A stretch of DNA of 56,588 nt from Lysobacterales bacterium (GCA_038234445.1 JBBQTY010000001.1:1-56588); one strand, 5' to 3'; counted from the stretch's first letter, positions 18,901 to 28,271 are shown. Notes: generated by a model from the sequence alone, not told the origin. A program made the numbers and translations.

Positions 18901-21900
18901 GCGCCGTCGCAATTTCGCTCTGACGACCGGTCGCATCGAGCGCGCGATAGGTGAATTCGTCGATTCCCGAATAGTCGGTATTCGGGGTGTAGGTGAACGT
19001 GCCGATCGGGCTGAAGACGAGATTTCCGTGCGAAGGAAGAGCAATCAGCTGCGCCGAGATCGGCAACAGATCAAGACCCGTTGCGGCGGTCCACACCGGA
19101 CCATTCGGGTACGGGCGGGTATCTGGATCGAAATCGTTGTAGAGCACCGATTTTGCCGTGGTCGAAATCACCAGCTCGGTGTTTCGAGGCGTGATGTAGT
19201 TGTCGGCCGCCACGACAGGCGCGTCCGGTACCGGCAGCACCTCAACGGTGACGTCCCCATTCGTTTGTTCCATGCCATCGCTGATCCGGTAGCGAAATGT
19301 CTGCGTACCGTAGAAGTGATACTGACTCGTGATCGTGTTCGTCGCGGTGGGCAACAGATCGCTCACATTGATGACCACGTAATAGTGCTCGCCGAAAAAT
19401 TCCCCGTATGCATAACGCAACGGATCACTGTCGGGATCGCTGTCATTGGCGATCAGCTTGGGCGTGACGATTTCGACACTGTCTTCGATAACCGTATAGA
19501 CATCCGGACTGGTGACCGGTGGTCCATTCGTTCGCAACGTAACCGTGGCCGTGTCGCCGATTCCCGTGCTGGTCTGATAGACGTGATAGACGAAGCTGTC
19601 GAGACCGGAAAAGTCCTGTTGCGGGGTGTAAAGGAAGCGGCCTGATTGCTGATCGAGCTCGACGGTACCGAACTGGGCCGACTGCGCGATCTCGAAATTG
19701 ACCGGGTAGTCGCTGTCGTAGCGATCGTTGTATCGTATCGAACGCAACCTTTCCGAATCGAATACGGTATTTCGCAGCACACCGTAGACATCATCATTCG
19801 CTTCAACGCCATCATTGACGGGATTGACCGTCAAGGTAACCTTGACCGCATTGCTGACGCTGGTGCCGTCATAGATCTGATAGATGAAAAAGGTTTCGCC
19901 GTAGAAATTCGCGGCCGCCTTCGCGGTGAAACTACCATCTGCAGACAAGGTCACTGTCAGATTCCAATAGTCGTAGTCGACCAGAAAAACCTGCAAGTTT
20001 TCGTGCGGCGTATCGGCATCGGTATCGTTGACAAGGACGCCGTGCTCCGCATCGACAACCAGCTGCTCGTCCTCGTTCATGTCATAGGCATCGGGATTCG
20101 CGCGAGGCAAGCTGGTAATGCCAACAGCCAGGGTGACATTGCCGAAGTTTGATGAAGAGAGACCGTCGGTCACCTGATAGGTAAACGTGTCGATTCCGAC
20201 GTAACCCAAATCCGGCGCGTAACGGAACGTTCCGTCTTCGTTAAGTTCGAGGCTGCCATGCGCTGGCGGCGCTCCGGGGATCACCGAAAGCTCGTCATTT
20301 TCCGGTGCATCATGGTCGTTGACCAACAAGCCTTCGAGCGGGTCGGTAATTTCCATTGGCGTATCGACGTCCACGAGATAGACGTCATTGGTCGCGGTCG
20401 GCGGTTGGGTCACGGCAATCACCACCGAGCCCGAACTTGCAGCACCGTCGCCATCAACCGCCTCATAGGTGAACGTATCGTCACCGCGGAAATTCACTTC
20501 CGGCACATACGAGAACGAACCATTCGAGCGGACGACAACCACGCCGTGAGCCGGTGGCTCAAGGACTCGCGCGGTAAGTTGCGCGCTGTCGATATCGGAA
20601 TCGTTGTTCAACACACCTGGCGCGGCTACTTCGAGCTCGACGTTTTCATCGGTGAGATACCTGTCATCCAAAGTTTGCGGCGGATCGTTTACGCCTCTGA
20701 TCGTCAGTACAACATCGACCGGATAGGAGGCGATGCTGGCGTCTTCAAGTCGATAGCGAAACAGATCCGACCCGGAGCTTTCCGGTGACGTCGTGCGATA
20801 GACGAAGCTACCGTCATTCGCCACCTGTACTGTTCCGAGCGTCGGTGCCTGCACCACAACAACCCGCAAAGTGCCTTGCGGGATGATGCTGTCATTCGCC
20901 AAAACCCCTGGCGCATCTACAAACAGCACCTCGCCTTCATCGAGCGAATAGGCATCCGCCAACGGCGCGAGGTGATCATTGACGTTGATGAAGACAGTCG
21001 CTTGATCTCGAAGACCTCGGGGGTCGGTAATCTCGTATATGAATTCGGTTTGCCCACTGAAATCGACAGGTGGCGTGTAGACAAAACTGCCATTGGTGTT
21101 GAGCGTGACGCTACCGATCAGCGGATTGCTGATGATTCTCGCGCTTAGCGCATCGCCATCGGGATCGACATCGTTGCCGATCACCCCGGGCGCGGACATC
21201 GTCAACACATGCCCCCGATCCACTACGTAGTGATCGTCAACCGCAACCGGGGCTTCGTTCAGATCGTTGACCGTGATCGTGACAACGGCTGGCACCGAGG
21301 CAACACCCGCGCTGACCAGGCGATAGCTGAAATGATCCACTCCGCTCGTACCGGAGGGCTGATAGACGAAGCCACCGTTCGGGTCGACCGCAACCTGTCC
21401 AAGTGTCGGTTGCGAGACCAGCTCGATCGTGACCGACTCGTCAACGGCAATCGTGTCATTGGAAAGCAGGCCAAGCGCAGCCGGCACGTTGAGCACCTGA
21501 TTGTCATTGGTGATGTAGTTGTCATCGACAGCCCGGTTGATCTGCGCAACGTTCAGCGTAACCACCGTCGAGGCGCCGACCAGCGAACCGCTTCCCGCAG
21601 AATATTCGAAGCGATCGGCACCGACGAAATTCTCTTGCGGGGAGTAGATGAAACTGCCATCAGCAGAGAGAGCAATCGTGCCGTGCGCAGTCAATCGACG
21701 CAGCACCGCATAGAGTACGCCGCCATTCGGATCGTGGTCGTTGGCCAGCACGCCGTTCGTGGCGTCAACAGCCAGTGGAAGATTGGTCGTAACGGCGTAG
21801 GTATCCGCCTCGGCAATCGGGCCGACGGCGACGTTGTCGCTGATTTCGATCAGCGCAGAATCCGCCGAAGCAAAAGGAATTCTTGCAGAACCGGCTAGGA

Positions 21901-23866
21901 GCTCTGCTCGACGAAACCCTACTGGTGCGTCCACTGCCACATCGACATCGAAGGCAAGTGAAAGTCCATCGTCGGCGATAGACGTGCTACCCAACGCAAG
22001 GCCATCCGATGGTGACAATGCGACGGAGTCAACGTTGTCCAGACGCAATCCGGAAATCGTCACATGCGTCGTCGACCCTCGAGCCCAACGTGATGGCGCG
22101 ACCACGGTAGCCACCGGCCCTCGCACCACGCCAAGTGCCGGCGCAGCCAGCAAGATATCGGGTACGGCAGCGCCTGGCACTTGTTTCAACACACCGAGCA
22201 AGGGCGAGACAAATGGCGTGAGGACCTGGGTGCGATCGACGATAGTGAGCGAGTTCGACGGCGATGGATCAGCGGCACTGTCGCCGGATGGGCTCATCAG
22301 CTTGACCACACGTGGCCCCAACTCGGCCGTGCCGCTGGTGCGCAGGGAAAGCCGCGCAAGACTGTCGCTGACAACAACCAGATTCTCAATGATGAGGTTC
22401 GCATCGGGCGTGACACTGACGGCGCTGACCTGGCCGAGATGCTGACCTTGCAGTTCGATCGTCTGCGAACTTCCATCGCGCAACAGCCAGGTCGGAGTCA
22501 TCGCGTCTAGTTGTGGAGGCGCATCACGCAGCACGAGCAGCTCGGGCGCGCGCACTCGCAGCGTTGGACTGACCAGTGAAACGCGTCGCGCGACAAGCTC
22601 GGCACCTGCGTCGATATGAATATCGACCGATACCTCGGTTGTACTGACACTCAAGGTCGCCGCGTCAATCTCGATTCCCTGCACTGGATCGAGCTCGACT
22701 GCCGTCGACTCTCCCAATCCTTGACCGGCGAGAGTCAATCGCACGGTTTCCCCGGGCGATGCGAATGTCGGCGACAACGACTGGATTGACGGTCCTTTGC
22801 TGACACCAACGATGGCAGAGGCCAGAAGATGGCTGGATGGCGCAGCCGGGATGGGTCGAGTCACACCCAATTGCGGCGAGACAAACGGAGAAAATTGATG
22901 CAGGTCTACGTCTGATAAATGCAGCGCGTTCGCTGGTGACAAGATCGCACTGGATACGCCACTGGAAGTGGCGATCTGGATCAGCCGATCCGACAGCGGC
23001 GCATCCGCATCAACCGCAATCGAAACGGTAACCACGGTGCCCTCATCATTCGACTGCGGTGCGCCGCCAACGGCTATACCCGTCGACGGCGTGATCGTGA
23101 CACTCGGCTGTTCGCTGAACTGCGGGCGCTCCTGCAGCGGGAGCCCGCGAAGATTGGATCCACGAATCTCCAAGGCATAGACGCCACCTGTCGCCACAAG
23201 ATTGGGATTCACACTGAGAATTTGCGGAAGATCTGCTGCAAGCAGGATCTGACTCGCGCCGGTGTTGGCATCCGGGATGGATTTGCCTGAAGCATCGAGC
23301 GCGTGCAGTCGCCGCAAACCTGGCGAGGCAACAGCGGCCACATCCACGAGCGCATCGATATGGTCACCGGAGGCGTCGATGGCAAAACTGGCGACCGTTG
23401 CATTGTTCGACGGATCCAGCGCAAGGTTTTCAACGGCACCCAGCCCACGGCCGTTGATCCTCAATGACTGTCCGTTCTGGCCGACCGCGAGCACATCTGG
23501 AACCAGATTGAATATCGCCGGTCCACGCAAGACACCCAGAACCGGGGAAATGAAAGATGCGGGAATCGCGTCGACGGGCGCTGCGATTCGCTCAACGCCG
23601 ACAGCGGGTGCAACAAACAGTCGGGCGACCTGAATATTCGCTGGCGGTCTCAGCACGCCCAACGCCGCGTTGACCAATACATCGCCTGGTCTCAGCACGA
23701 ACGGAAGGCCTTCTAGCTGAGCACCAGCGGAGGAGCGTTCGATGGGCGGCAGTGTCTCCGCTAGCGCATCAAGCCCAAGGCAAGCGGCGATCGCGCACGC
23801 GAATATGACGCCGAGCCAGCGGCGCGGCGAAAATCTGCTCAAATTGACGGGGTGCATGCGCACCAC
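15923..23866 (-). CDS. Giant adhesin-like protein: 5 IPT/TIG-like domains plus 20 tandem ~95-aa Ig/cadherin-like (Big_9, tandem-95 type) repeats, ending DTLFKNGFESP
   Basis: Signal peptide (WLGVIFACAIAACLGLDALA). P.I..(L/V).P....G...(L/I).I.G.(G/N)L domains, then P.A..D.Y...ED....GVL.ND.D.DG...HG......DG.F.Y.P...F.G.D.F.Y repeats. ATGA overlap with the next gene. Start may be ATG 23857. Confidence 0.88.
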   Translation of the reverse strand: MVRMHPVNLSRFSPRRWLGVIFACAIAACLGLDALAETLPPIERSSAGAQLEGLPFVLRPGDVLVNAALGVLRPPANIQVARLFVAPAVGVERIAAPVDAIPASFISPVLGVLRGPAIFNLVPDVLAVGQNGQSLRINGRGLGAVENLALDPSNNATVASFAIDASGDHIDALVDVAAVASPGLRRLHALDASGKSIPDANTGASQILLAADLPQILSVNPNLVATGGVYALEIRGSNLRGLPLQERPQFSEQPSVTITPSTGIAVGGAPQSNDEGTVVTVSIAVDADAPLSDRLIQIATSSGVSSAILSPANALHLSDVDLHQFSPFVSPQLGVTRPIPAAPSSHLLASAIVGVSKGPSIQSLSPTFASPGETVRLTLAGQGLGESTAVELDPVQGIEIDAATLSVSTTEVSVDIHIDAGAELVARRVSLVSPTLRVRAPELLVLRDAPPQLDAMTPTWLLRDGSSQTIELQGQHLGQVSAVSVTPDANLIIENLVVVSDSLARLSLRTSGTAELGPRVVKLMSPSGDSAADPSPSNSLTIVDRTQVLTPFVSPLLGVLKQVPGAAVPDILLAAPALGVVRGPVATVVAPSRWARGSTTHVTISGLRLDNVDSVALSPSDGLALGSTSIADDGLSLAFDVDVAVDAPVGFRRAELLAGSARIPFASADSALIEISDNVAVGPIAEADTYAVTTNLPLAVDATNGVLANDHDPNGGVLYAVLRRLTAHGTIALSADGSFIYSPQENFVGADRFEYSAGSGSLVGASTVVTLNVAQINRAVDDNYITNDNQVLNVPAALGLLSNDTIAVDESVTIELVSQPTLGQVAVDPNGGFVYQPSGTSGVDHFSYRLVSAGVASVPAVVTITVNDLNEAPVAVDDHYVVDRGHVLTMSAPGVIGNDVDPDGDALSARIISNPLIGSVTLNTNGSFVYTPPVDFSGQTEFIYEITDPRGLRDQATVFINVNDHLAPLADAYSLDEGEVLFVDAPGVLANDSIIPQGTLRVVVVQAPTLGTVQVANDGSFVYRTTSPESSGSDLFRYRLEDASIASYPVDVVLTIRGVNDPPQTLDDRYLTDENVELEVAAPGVLNNDSDIDSAQLTARVLEPPAHGVVVVRSNGSFSYVPEVNFRGDDTFTYEAVDGDGAASSGSVVIAVTQPPTATNDVYLVDVDTPMEITDPLEGLLVNDHDAPENDELSVIPGAPPAHGSLELNEDGTFRYAPDLGYVGIDTFTYQVTDGLSSSNFGNVTLAVGITSLPRANPDAYDMNEDEQLVVDAEHGVLVNDTDADTPHENLQVFLVDYDYWNLTVTLSADGSFTAKAAANFYGETFFIYQIYDGTSVSNAVKVTLTVNPVNDGVEANDDVYGVLRNTVFDSERLRSIRYNDRYDSDYPVNFEIAQSAQFGTVELDQQSGRFLYTPQQDFSGLDSFVYHVYQTSTGIGDTATVTLRTNGPPVTSPDVYTVIEDSVEIVTPKLIANDSDPDSDPLRYAYGEFFGEHYYVVINVSDLLPTATNTITSQYHFYGTQTFRYRISDGMEQTNGDVTVEVLPVPDAPVVAADNYITPRNTELVISTTAKSVLYNDFDPDTRPYPNGPVWTAATGLDLLPISAQLIALPSHGNLVFSPIGTFTYTPNTDYSGIDEFTYRALDATGRQSEIATARIRVNTPPAANDDAYVINEDVVLSVSANEGLLGNDVDIDGDALSASFAASGCAPCNGRVEVRGDGGFRYTPNANYYGPDEFFYTVRDGIAGTDVGHVSLTILPVNDAPYTEPDTYRTREDEVLVAPEPQGILRNDREVDGERLINAQLIDPPQRGEVVVMPDGAFTYTPAVNVNGRDTFTYRVYDESGLFSEDTVEVLVTPVNDPPIVADDNYETPQNEILDVAAEQGVLANDADVDGPQLNAVLIGLPQHGQVDLQPDGSFVYTPDGIFSGIEQFQYQVDDGLGAIAAAVASIVVRPVDPVVVIDVEDDLFGFEGPSVTIPAPGVLANDHVTGAQALNAALVVPPQTGTVDLDANGGFHYSAPAGFIGQVGFTYSASAGGVSELGRVTLDVRSTANVPPVAVGEQFGVLEDHVLDSHSSGSLLANDSDFEGAPLTLIVDTVPAHGGFVAQSDGHFTYTPAPDFNGVDAIVYHVSDGEKNSTQATASIIVFAQNDAPLASPDLYHGSRDEVLVVDVANGLLANDSDVDGDVLSVELVDAPGHGQIQVQADGSFQYQPAPGFVGSDHFRYAATDATARDVAEVSLTISTGMNHAPVAVGESFSMDEDTALSSVDVGELTANDNDPDGDPLAVDLVDAPLHGVLDLNGAQFSYHPEANYFGSDRFRYSVSDGELSSDVVVADILVRSINDAPLALTDRYTTNQNQPLDVSVVDGVLSNDSDVESQGLTAQIHANTSHGLLDLHADGSFNYAADAAFVGHDEFSYEVSDGEAVSIGRAIIDVTASGNQRPLAVGEVFAIAEDSVLDTRSLESLLANDRDPEGQPLSLVILAQPETGTLESFPGGHIRYVPARNAVGDVTIPYAVSDGELESLPVDVRITLLPVDDPPEAQPDLYVVPESTTLFSVDAAMGVLANDVEPDGEALVSDVVRTPEFGELNLGLDGSFVYSLIAARPLHDSFRYRVRDPGNSAAEAEVELDFGDPSAVDTLFKNGFESP
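15980..21825 (-). repeat. Twenty tandem ~95-aa Ig-like repeats
   Basis: Counted 20 units beginning PIAEADTY ... PPEAQPDLY. Units are divergent at the DNA level. Coordinates approximate. Confidence 0.8.
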
Positions 23867-23886
23867 AATTTCCGGGGCAAAAGCCG

Positions 23887-25290
23887 CTAGAGCATTACTC
23901 TGCGACCACTGGCAGTAACCAGCGTTGTCTGGCCTGCGCCGTTCATGCTCGCCGCCAATTCGACGGTGATTACGGGCTCACCGTCCGTATAGCGCGATAG
24001 CGACTGTTGCTGCGCCACACTGGCAACGGAAAAGCTCAGTGTCGCTAACAGCACACTCGGGCCATCCGGCAGGTTGATGCTTGCGTTTGCGGTCGCTGCC
24101 GCCTCAGATCCCACCAAACCGCTTGAAATGCTGTTCGTCGGCGCACCATGAGGCGAGGTGACAATCACGGTGATCGTGGTTCCGAGAGGAACGTGGGTGG
24201 TTGCTAAACTCACGGCAACCGGATTCGGCGCATCGGTCGGCAGGATGATGTCAGCATGTCCCGTCGGCTCCGCAGGTGCGGCTTGCCCGGCCACGGCTGA
24301 AATGCGAATGGTCGGTATGCCCGAAACAACAAGCGCTCCGGGCAAACTCTGCGTGAAAGGCGGATTGGTGGCTGCAGTTCGCGTCAGGGTTTCCGCTTCG
24401 AGGCGAATCCGCCCTAGTCCGCCATTCGGACTACCATTGTTATTCGACCACTTTCCACCGACTCCACCTACCGCGTTGATAGCGCCATTACCACTCAAAG
24501 TCGTCGCGATGAGTCGAATACCCCCGCCACTGCCGCCGCCGCCTGGCGTTCCACCTGCGTTGTAATTATTGCCGACGTCGCCACCAGTTCCGCCATTGGC
24601 ATAGATAGTGCCGCTCACCTGCAACGTACCAGTTACTGCCAGTAGCAGCGCGCCACCCGCGCCACCTCCACCACCGCCGCCCAGGCTCTGAAATGCATTG
24701 CCACCGGAGCCACCGGAGCCACCGACCATCGGCAAAAGATCCGCGTTTGCATAGATGCTGGACTGCACGCTACCGCAGCCAGACACGGAACCCTTGGTTC
24801 CGAAGGACCCACCGCCACCTTCACAATTTGGCCCGGTCGATGGCGCAGGAAGCCCCCCTCCTGGACCTACGCCGGCCTGCCCTATGGCAGCACCGACAGG
24901 AACCAAATCGATGGTGCCACCGAGGCCGCCTTGGTAGCCACCCGGGCCCCCATTTCCCGGAAGTCCATCATCCGCAACATTGCCATCGCCAGCGCCGTTG
25001 CTTCCGGGTGCCGCTGCGCCGCTGAGATTGATGCTGCCAGCAAGCGTTGCATTTCCGCTGACCAACAGCGTGACGGGCGTATTCAGCGCATTGCGCGCAA
25101 AACGCACAGTGACGCCGGAGGGAATATCGATCGACGTGTAGTTGAGGACACCGTCAGCTGGCAAAGAAATTTCAGTGTCGACGTTGGGCGTCAATGCACC
25201 ATCGCTGCCCGTGCTGCCACTGTCAAAGGCGTATAACGGCGTGGAAAGTACAGCGCCCAGACAAACAAGGCCCAAGGTGGATTTCCGCAT
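23887..25290 (-). CDS. Secreted glycine-rich protein (first gene of the toxin operon), 467 aa
   Basis: ATG 25290 with GGAGAG RBS. Signal peptide MRKSTLGLVCLGAVLSTPLYA, mature start FDSGSTGSDGAL. Central GGxGG-rich segments. Confidence 0.85.
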   Translation of the reverse strand: MRKSTLGLVCLGAVLSTPLYAFDSGSTGSDGALTPNVDTEISLPADGVLNYTSIDIPSGVTVRFARNALNTPVTLLVSGNATLAGSINLSGAAAPGSNGAGDGNVADDGLPGNGGPGGYQGGLGGTIDLVPVGAAIGQAGVGPGGGLPAPSTGPNCEGGGGSFGTKGSVSGCGSVQSSIYANADLLPMVGGSGGSGGNAFQSLGGGGGGGAGGALLLAVTGTLQVSGTIYANGGTGGDVGNNYNAGGTPGGGGSGGGIRLIATTLSGNGAINAVGGVGGKWSNNNGSPNGGLGRIRLEAETLTRTAATNPPFTQSLPGALVVSGIPTIRISAVAGQAAPAEPTGHADIILPTDAPNPVAVSLATTHVPLGTTITVIVTSPHGAPTNSISSGLVGSEAAATANASINLPDGPSVLLATLSFSVASVAQQQSLSRYTDGEPVITVELAASMNGAGQTTLVTASGRRVML

Positions 25291-25473
25291 GACACTCTCC
25301 CAAATTTCGGCAAACATCAAGACGAATCGACGCGCTCAAAATGATTGAGCACGGCAATTCCCGACAGGTTCCAGCCCCAGATCGCGGCCCCAAAACTTCC
25401 GCGCCTTTCATGGTAAGCAAGCCAAATGCAGAATGTCAATCTAAACGACAATCAAAGTGTACATTATGACTCC

Positions 25474-25490
25474 GTGAGAAATCTTCTCAC
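25474..25490. promoter_or_regulatory. Perfect 7-3-7 inverted repeat (Fur-box-like operator candidate) in divergent promoter region
   Basis: GTGAGAA-ATC-TTCTCAC in the AT-rich intergenic region between the toxin operon and the glycosyltransferase genes. Confidence 0.4.
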
Positions 25491-25659
25491 AATCGGAGAA
25501 TTGCTTTCGGTCAAGGCGATAAATGCGAACAGGTTTGCGTTATAGAGAACCTACGCGCAAAAAGATGGCTCAGTCGAACGAAATGATTGACTGTTGAGTC
25601 ATCCGAAAGCCGCCTATTGCGCATGAAAAGGTTGCATATCAAATTGTTGGAGTGCGTAA

Positions 25660-27237
25660 TTGCACGTTGCCCGATGGATTGATCGACGCTTCATGCCGCC
25701 TTCTTTTCCCCCAACCGACTTGCTACCCGATTGGAATGGGCATTGCCTGAGCCTGCGCGCGGAGTCAGGATTGAGCCTCGGGGTCGCAATCGAGCGTCGC
25801 CTCTTCATTGATCTGGTTACTGATGAAGACGGTATCTCGACGCTCGAGTTGCCGTTTTCCCCTTCAGGCAGTACCAGAGTCGGCATTCAAATAATGGCGG
25901 AGCGGGCGCAAGAAGGCTCGAATCATTTGTCATTAGAGATTGAACTGGATACACCCGGAATTCTTCTGGAAACCGCGGCGACGCGATGTCTGCAACCACT
26001 GCGCGATGCGGAGCATTTGGTTCCAATCGACGTCGAACCGATGCAGCGCGAGGTCGCGATTGTCGTGCCCGTTTACAACGCGCCGGAAGATGTGGAGTGC
26101 TGTCTCGATTCGGTGCTTGCGCATAGCACTGGCCCTAGTCGGTTGATTGTGATTGATGATGCGAGTACGGATGCGCGGATCTCGCCGTTGCTCGATCGCT
26201 ATCGGGGTATCGCGGGGGTGGAGATTCTTGCCAACTCGGAGAATCTTGGATTCACCGCGACGGTCAATCGTGGCATTGCGCTGGCTGAAAACGCCGATGT
26301 GGTTTTGCTCAACGCCGATGCGGAGGTTGCGGCGAACTGGTTGACGGGTTTGCGGCGTGCGCTGCATTCGAATGCGGATGTGGCCACGGTCACTGCTGTG
26401 TCTGACAACGCCGGTGCGTTCTCGGTGCCGGAGTTGGAGCAGGAAAATCCGTTCCCCTCAGGTTGGAATTTTTCGCAGGCCGCGTTGGCGCTGTGGCAGA
26501 ACGCGGGGCTTGCCTATCCGCAATTGCCGACGGGCAATGGTTTTTGCATGCTGATCCGTCGCGAGGTGATCGATCGGATCGGCGCGTTTGATGTCGAGGC
26601 GTTTCCGCAGGGGTATGGCGAGGAGAATGATTTTTGCCAGCGTGCGTGCGCTGCGGGCTATCGCCATTTGATTGCGGGCAATGTGCTGGTGCGGCATGCG
26701 CGCAGCCGCAGTTTTGGTCATGAACGTCGGGCCGCGCTGGGACAGGCCGGGATGCAGGTGCTGCGCGCGCGCTGGCCGCAGTACGAAGCGGATGTCGGCG
26801 CCAGCCTGTTTTCGTTCGAGCGCCTTGTGCTCGATTGGCGTGTGCGTCGGATTTATGCGGATGCCGCCGAATGGACACCGCAGCCGCGCGTGCTATGCGT
26901 GGGCCTGGATGGCGAGATCGATGCGTCGAACGGCTACGATACGCACATGATCAAGCCATTGGATTCCGGGTTCGCTTTGTTTGGACCCGATCATCAGCCT
27001 CTCGAAACCAGCGCTGCGCTCGACGCGGCCACCGTATCCTGCTGGTTGCAGCGCTATGCGATCGATGCCATCGCGATGCACACGCAGACCGATTCGCCGA
27101 CGGCCACGCTTCTGTTGGCCGAGGCGCAGCGGTTGGGCGTTGGGGTGATGGCTTGTCCTGATGGCCGGTTTCCTTCGATCGATCAGATCAGGACGATCTT
27201 CACCCTTCAACGCAGCTTCAACGGAATCGCAGCATGA
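25660..27237 (+). CDS. Glycosyltransferase family 2 protein (start possibly ATG 25693)
   Basis: IVVPVYNAP..CLDSVL..IVIDDASTD, NLGF..TVNRG, VVLLNADAEV, FPQGYGEENDFC. Confidence 0.88.
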   Translation: MHVARWIDRRFMPPSFPPTDLLPDWNGHCLSLRAESGLSLGVAIERRLFIDLVTDEDGISTLELPFSPSGSTRVGIQIMAERAQEGSNHLSLEIELDTPGILLETAATRCLQPLRDAEHLVPIDVEPMQREVAIVVPVYNAPEDVECCLDSVLAHSTGPSRLIVIDDASTDARISPLLDRYRGIAGVEILANSENLGFTATVNRGIALAENADVVLLNADAEVAANWLTGLRRALHSNADVATVTAVSDNAGAFSVPELEQENPFPSGWNFSQAALALWQNAGLAYPQLPTGNGFCMLIRREVIDRIGAFDVEAFPQGYGEENDFCQRACAAGYRHLIAGNVLVRHARSRSFGHERRAALGQAGMQVLRARWPQYEADVGASLFSFERLVLDWRVRRIYADAAEWTPQPRVLCVGLDGEIDASNGYDTHMIKPLDSGFALFGPDHQPLETSAALDAATVSCWLQRYAIDAIAMHTQTDSPTATLLLAEAQRLGVGVMACPDGRFPSIDQIRTIFTLQRSFNGIAA

Positions 27238-28271
27238 CTCGACGTTTTTCGCGCGCCCTGATTACGGGTATCAATGGTCAGGATGGCGCATGGCTCGCGG
27301 CGAAACTGCTCGGCGAAGGGGTCGAGGTTTTTGGTACGCATCGGCCAACCAGCCCGGCGGAAAACTGGCGACTGCAGGAACTCGGATTCAGCAATCATGC
27401 GAATCTGCATACACGTGCACTCGATCCCGAAAGCCTGACCGCTTGCCGCGGATTGCTCAGTGAGCTTGAGCCGCACGCGATCTTTCATCTGGGCGGGCAA
27501 TCGCGTGTGGCCGATTCCTTCCGCGATCCGATCGGCAGCGTTCGCGCGAACGGTTTCAGCACACTCAACCTGCTTGAAGCGATGCGCCGCCATTCGCCGG
27601 ATGCGCATTTCGTACTCGCCTCGAGTGCCGAGATCTTTGGCAATCCCGAGCAGGCGCCACAGGACGAATCAACGCCGACCCGCGCATCGTCTCCATACGG
27701 ACTCTCCAAACTGCTCGCGCATGGCGCAATGGGTAGCTGGCGTGCAAGCTATGGACTTGCAGCAAGCAGCGCCATTCTCTTCAATCACGAATCGGAGCTG
27801 CGCGATGAAGCGTTCGTAACGCGCAAGATCACGCGCGGCGTCGCGCGAATTTTGCTGGGCAAGGAACAGGAATTGGCCTTGGGCAATCTCGATGCGCGAC
27901 GCGATTTTGGCTATGCGCCTGAATACATGACGGCGCTGGCCAACATGGCGGACCGCGAATCCGGTGACGACTTCGTGCTGGCGACGGGGCGTGCATCGAG
28001 CGTGCGCGAATTTGCCACCGCCGCGTTCGCCGCGATCGGCATGCCGATCGAGTGGCAAGGTCGCGCGGCGGCGGAGATCGCCCGCGAGCGCAGCAGCGGC
28101 AAGATCCGCGTCCGTGTCGATACCAAACTATTACGCCCCGTCGATGCGCCATTGCTGGTCGGCAATGCGGCCAAGGCTCGTGCGCAGCTCGACTTCAATC
28201 CGCAGGTCGATCTGATCGAGCTGACCCGACGCATGGTCGAGGCGGATCTCGAACGTGAGCGCCGCGCCTGA
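27234..28271 (+). CDS. gmd: GDP-mannose 4,6-dehydratase
   Basis: ALITGINGQDG, QS.V..SF, SPYGLSK, ILFNHES, FVTRKIT, LGNLDARRDFG. Confidence 0.9.
   Translation: MTRRFSRALITGINGQDGAWLAAKLLGEGVEVFGTHRPTSPAENWRLQELGFSNHANLHTRALDPESLTACRGLLSELEPHAIFHLGGQSRVADSFRDPIGSVRANGFSTLNLLEAMRRHSPDAHFVLASSAEIFGNPEQAPQDESTPTRASSPYGLSKLLAHGAMGSWRASYGLAASSAILFNHESELRDEAFVTRKITRGVARILLGKEQELALGNLDARRDFGYAPEYMTALANMADRESGDDFVLATGRASSVREFATAAFAAIGMPIEWQGRAAAEIARERSSGKIRVRVDTKLLRPVDAPLLVGNAAKARAQLDFNPQVDLIELTRRMVEADLERERRA

Noticed and set aside
15923-23866. RTX/T1SS (LapA-type) adhesin
   Set aside because: No GGxGxD nonapeptides, it has an N-terminal signal peptide, and no T1SS genes are in view.
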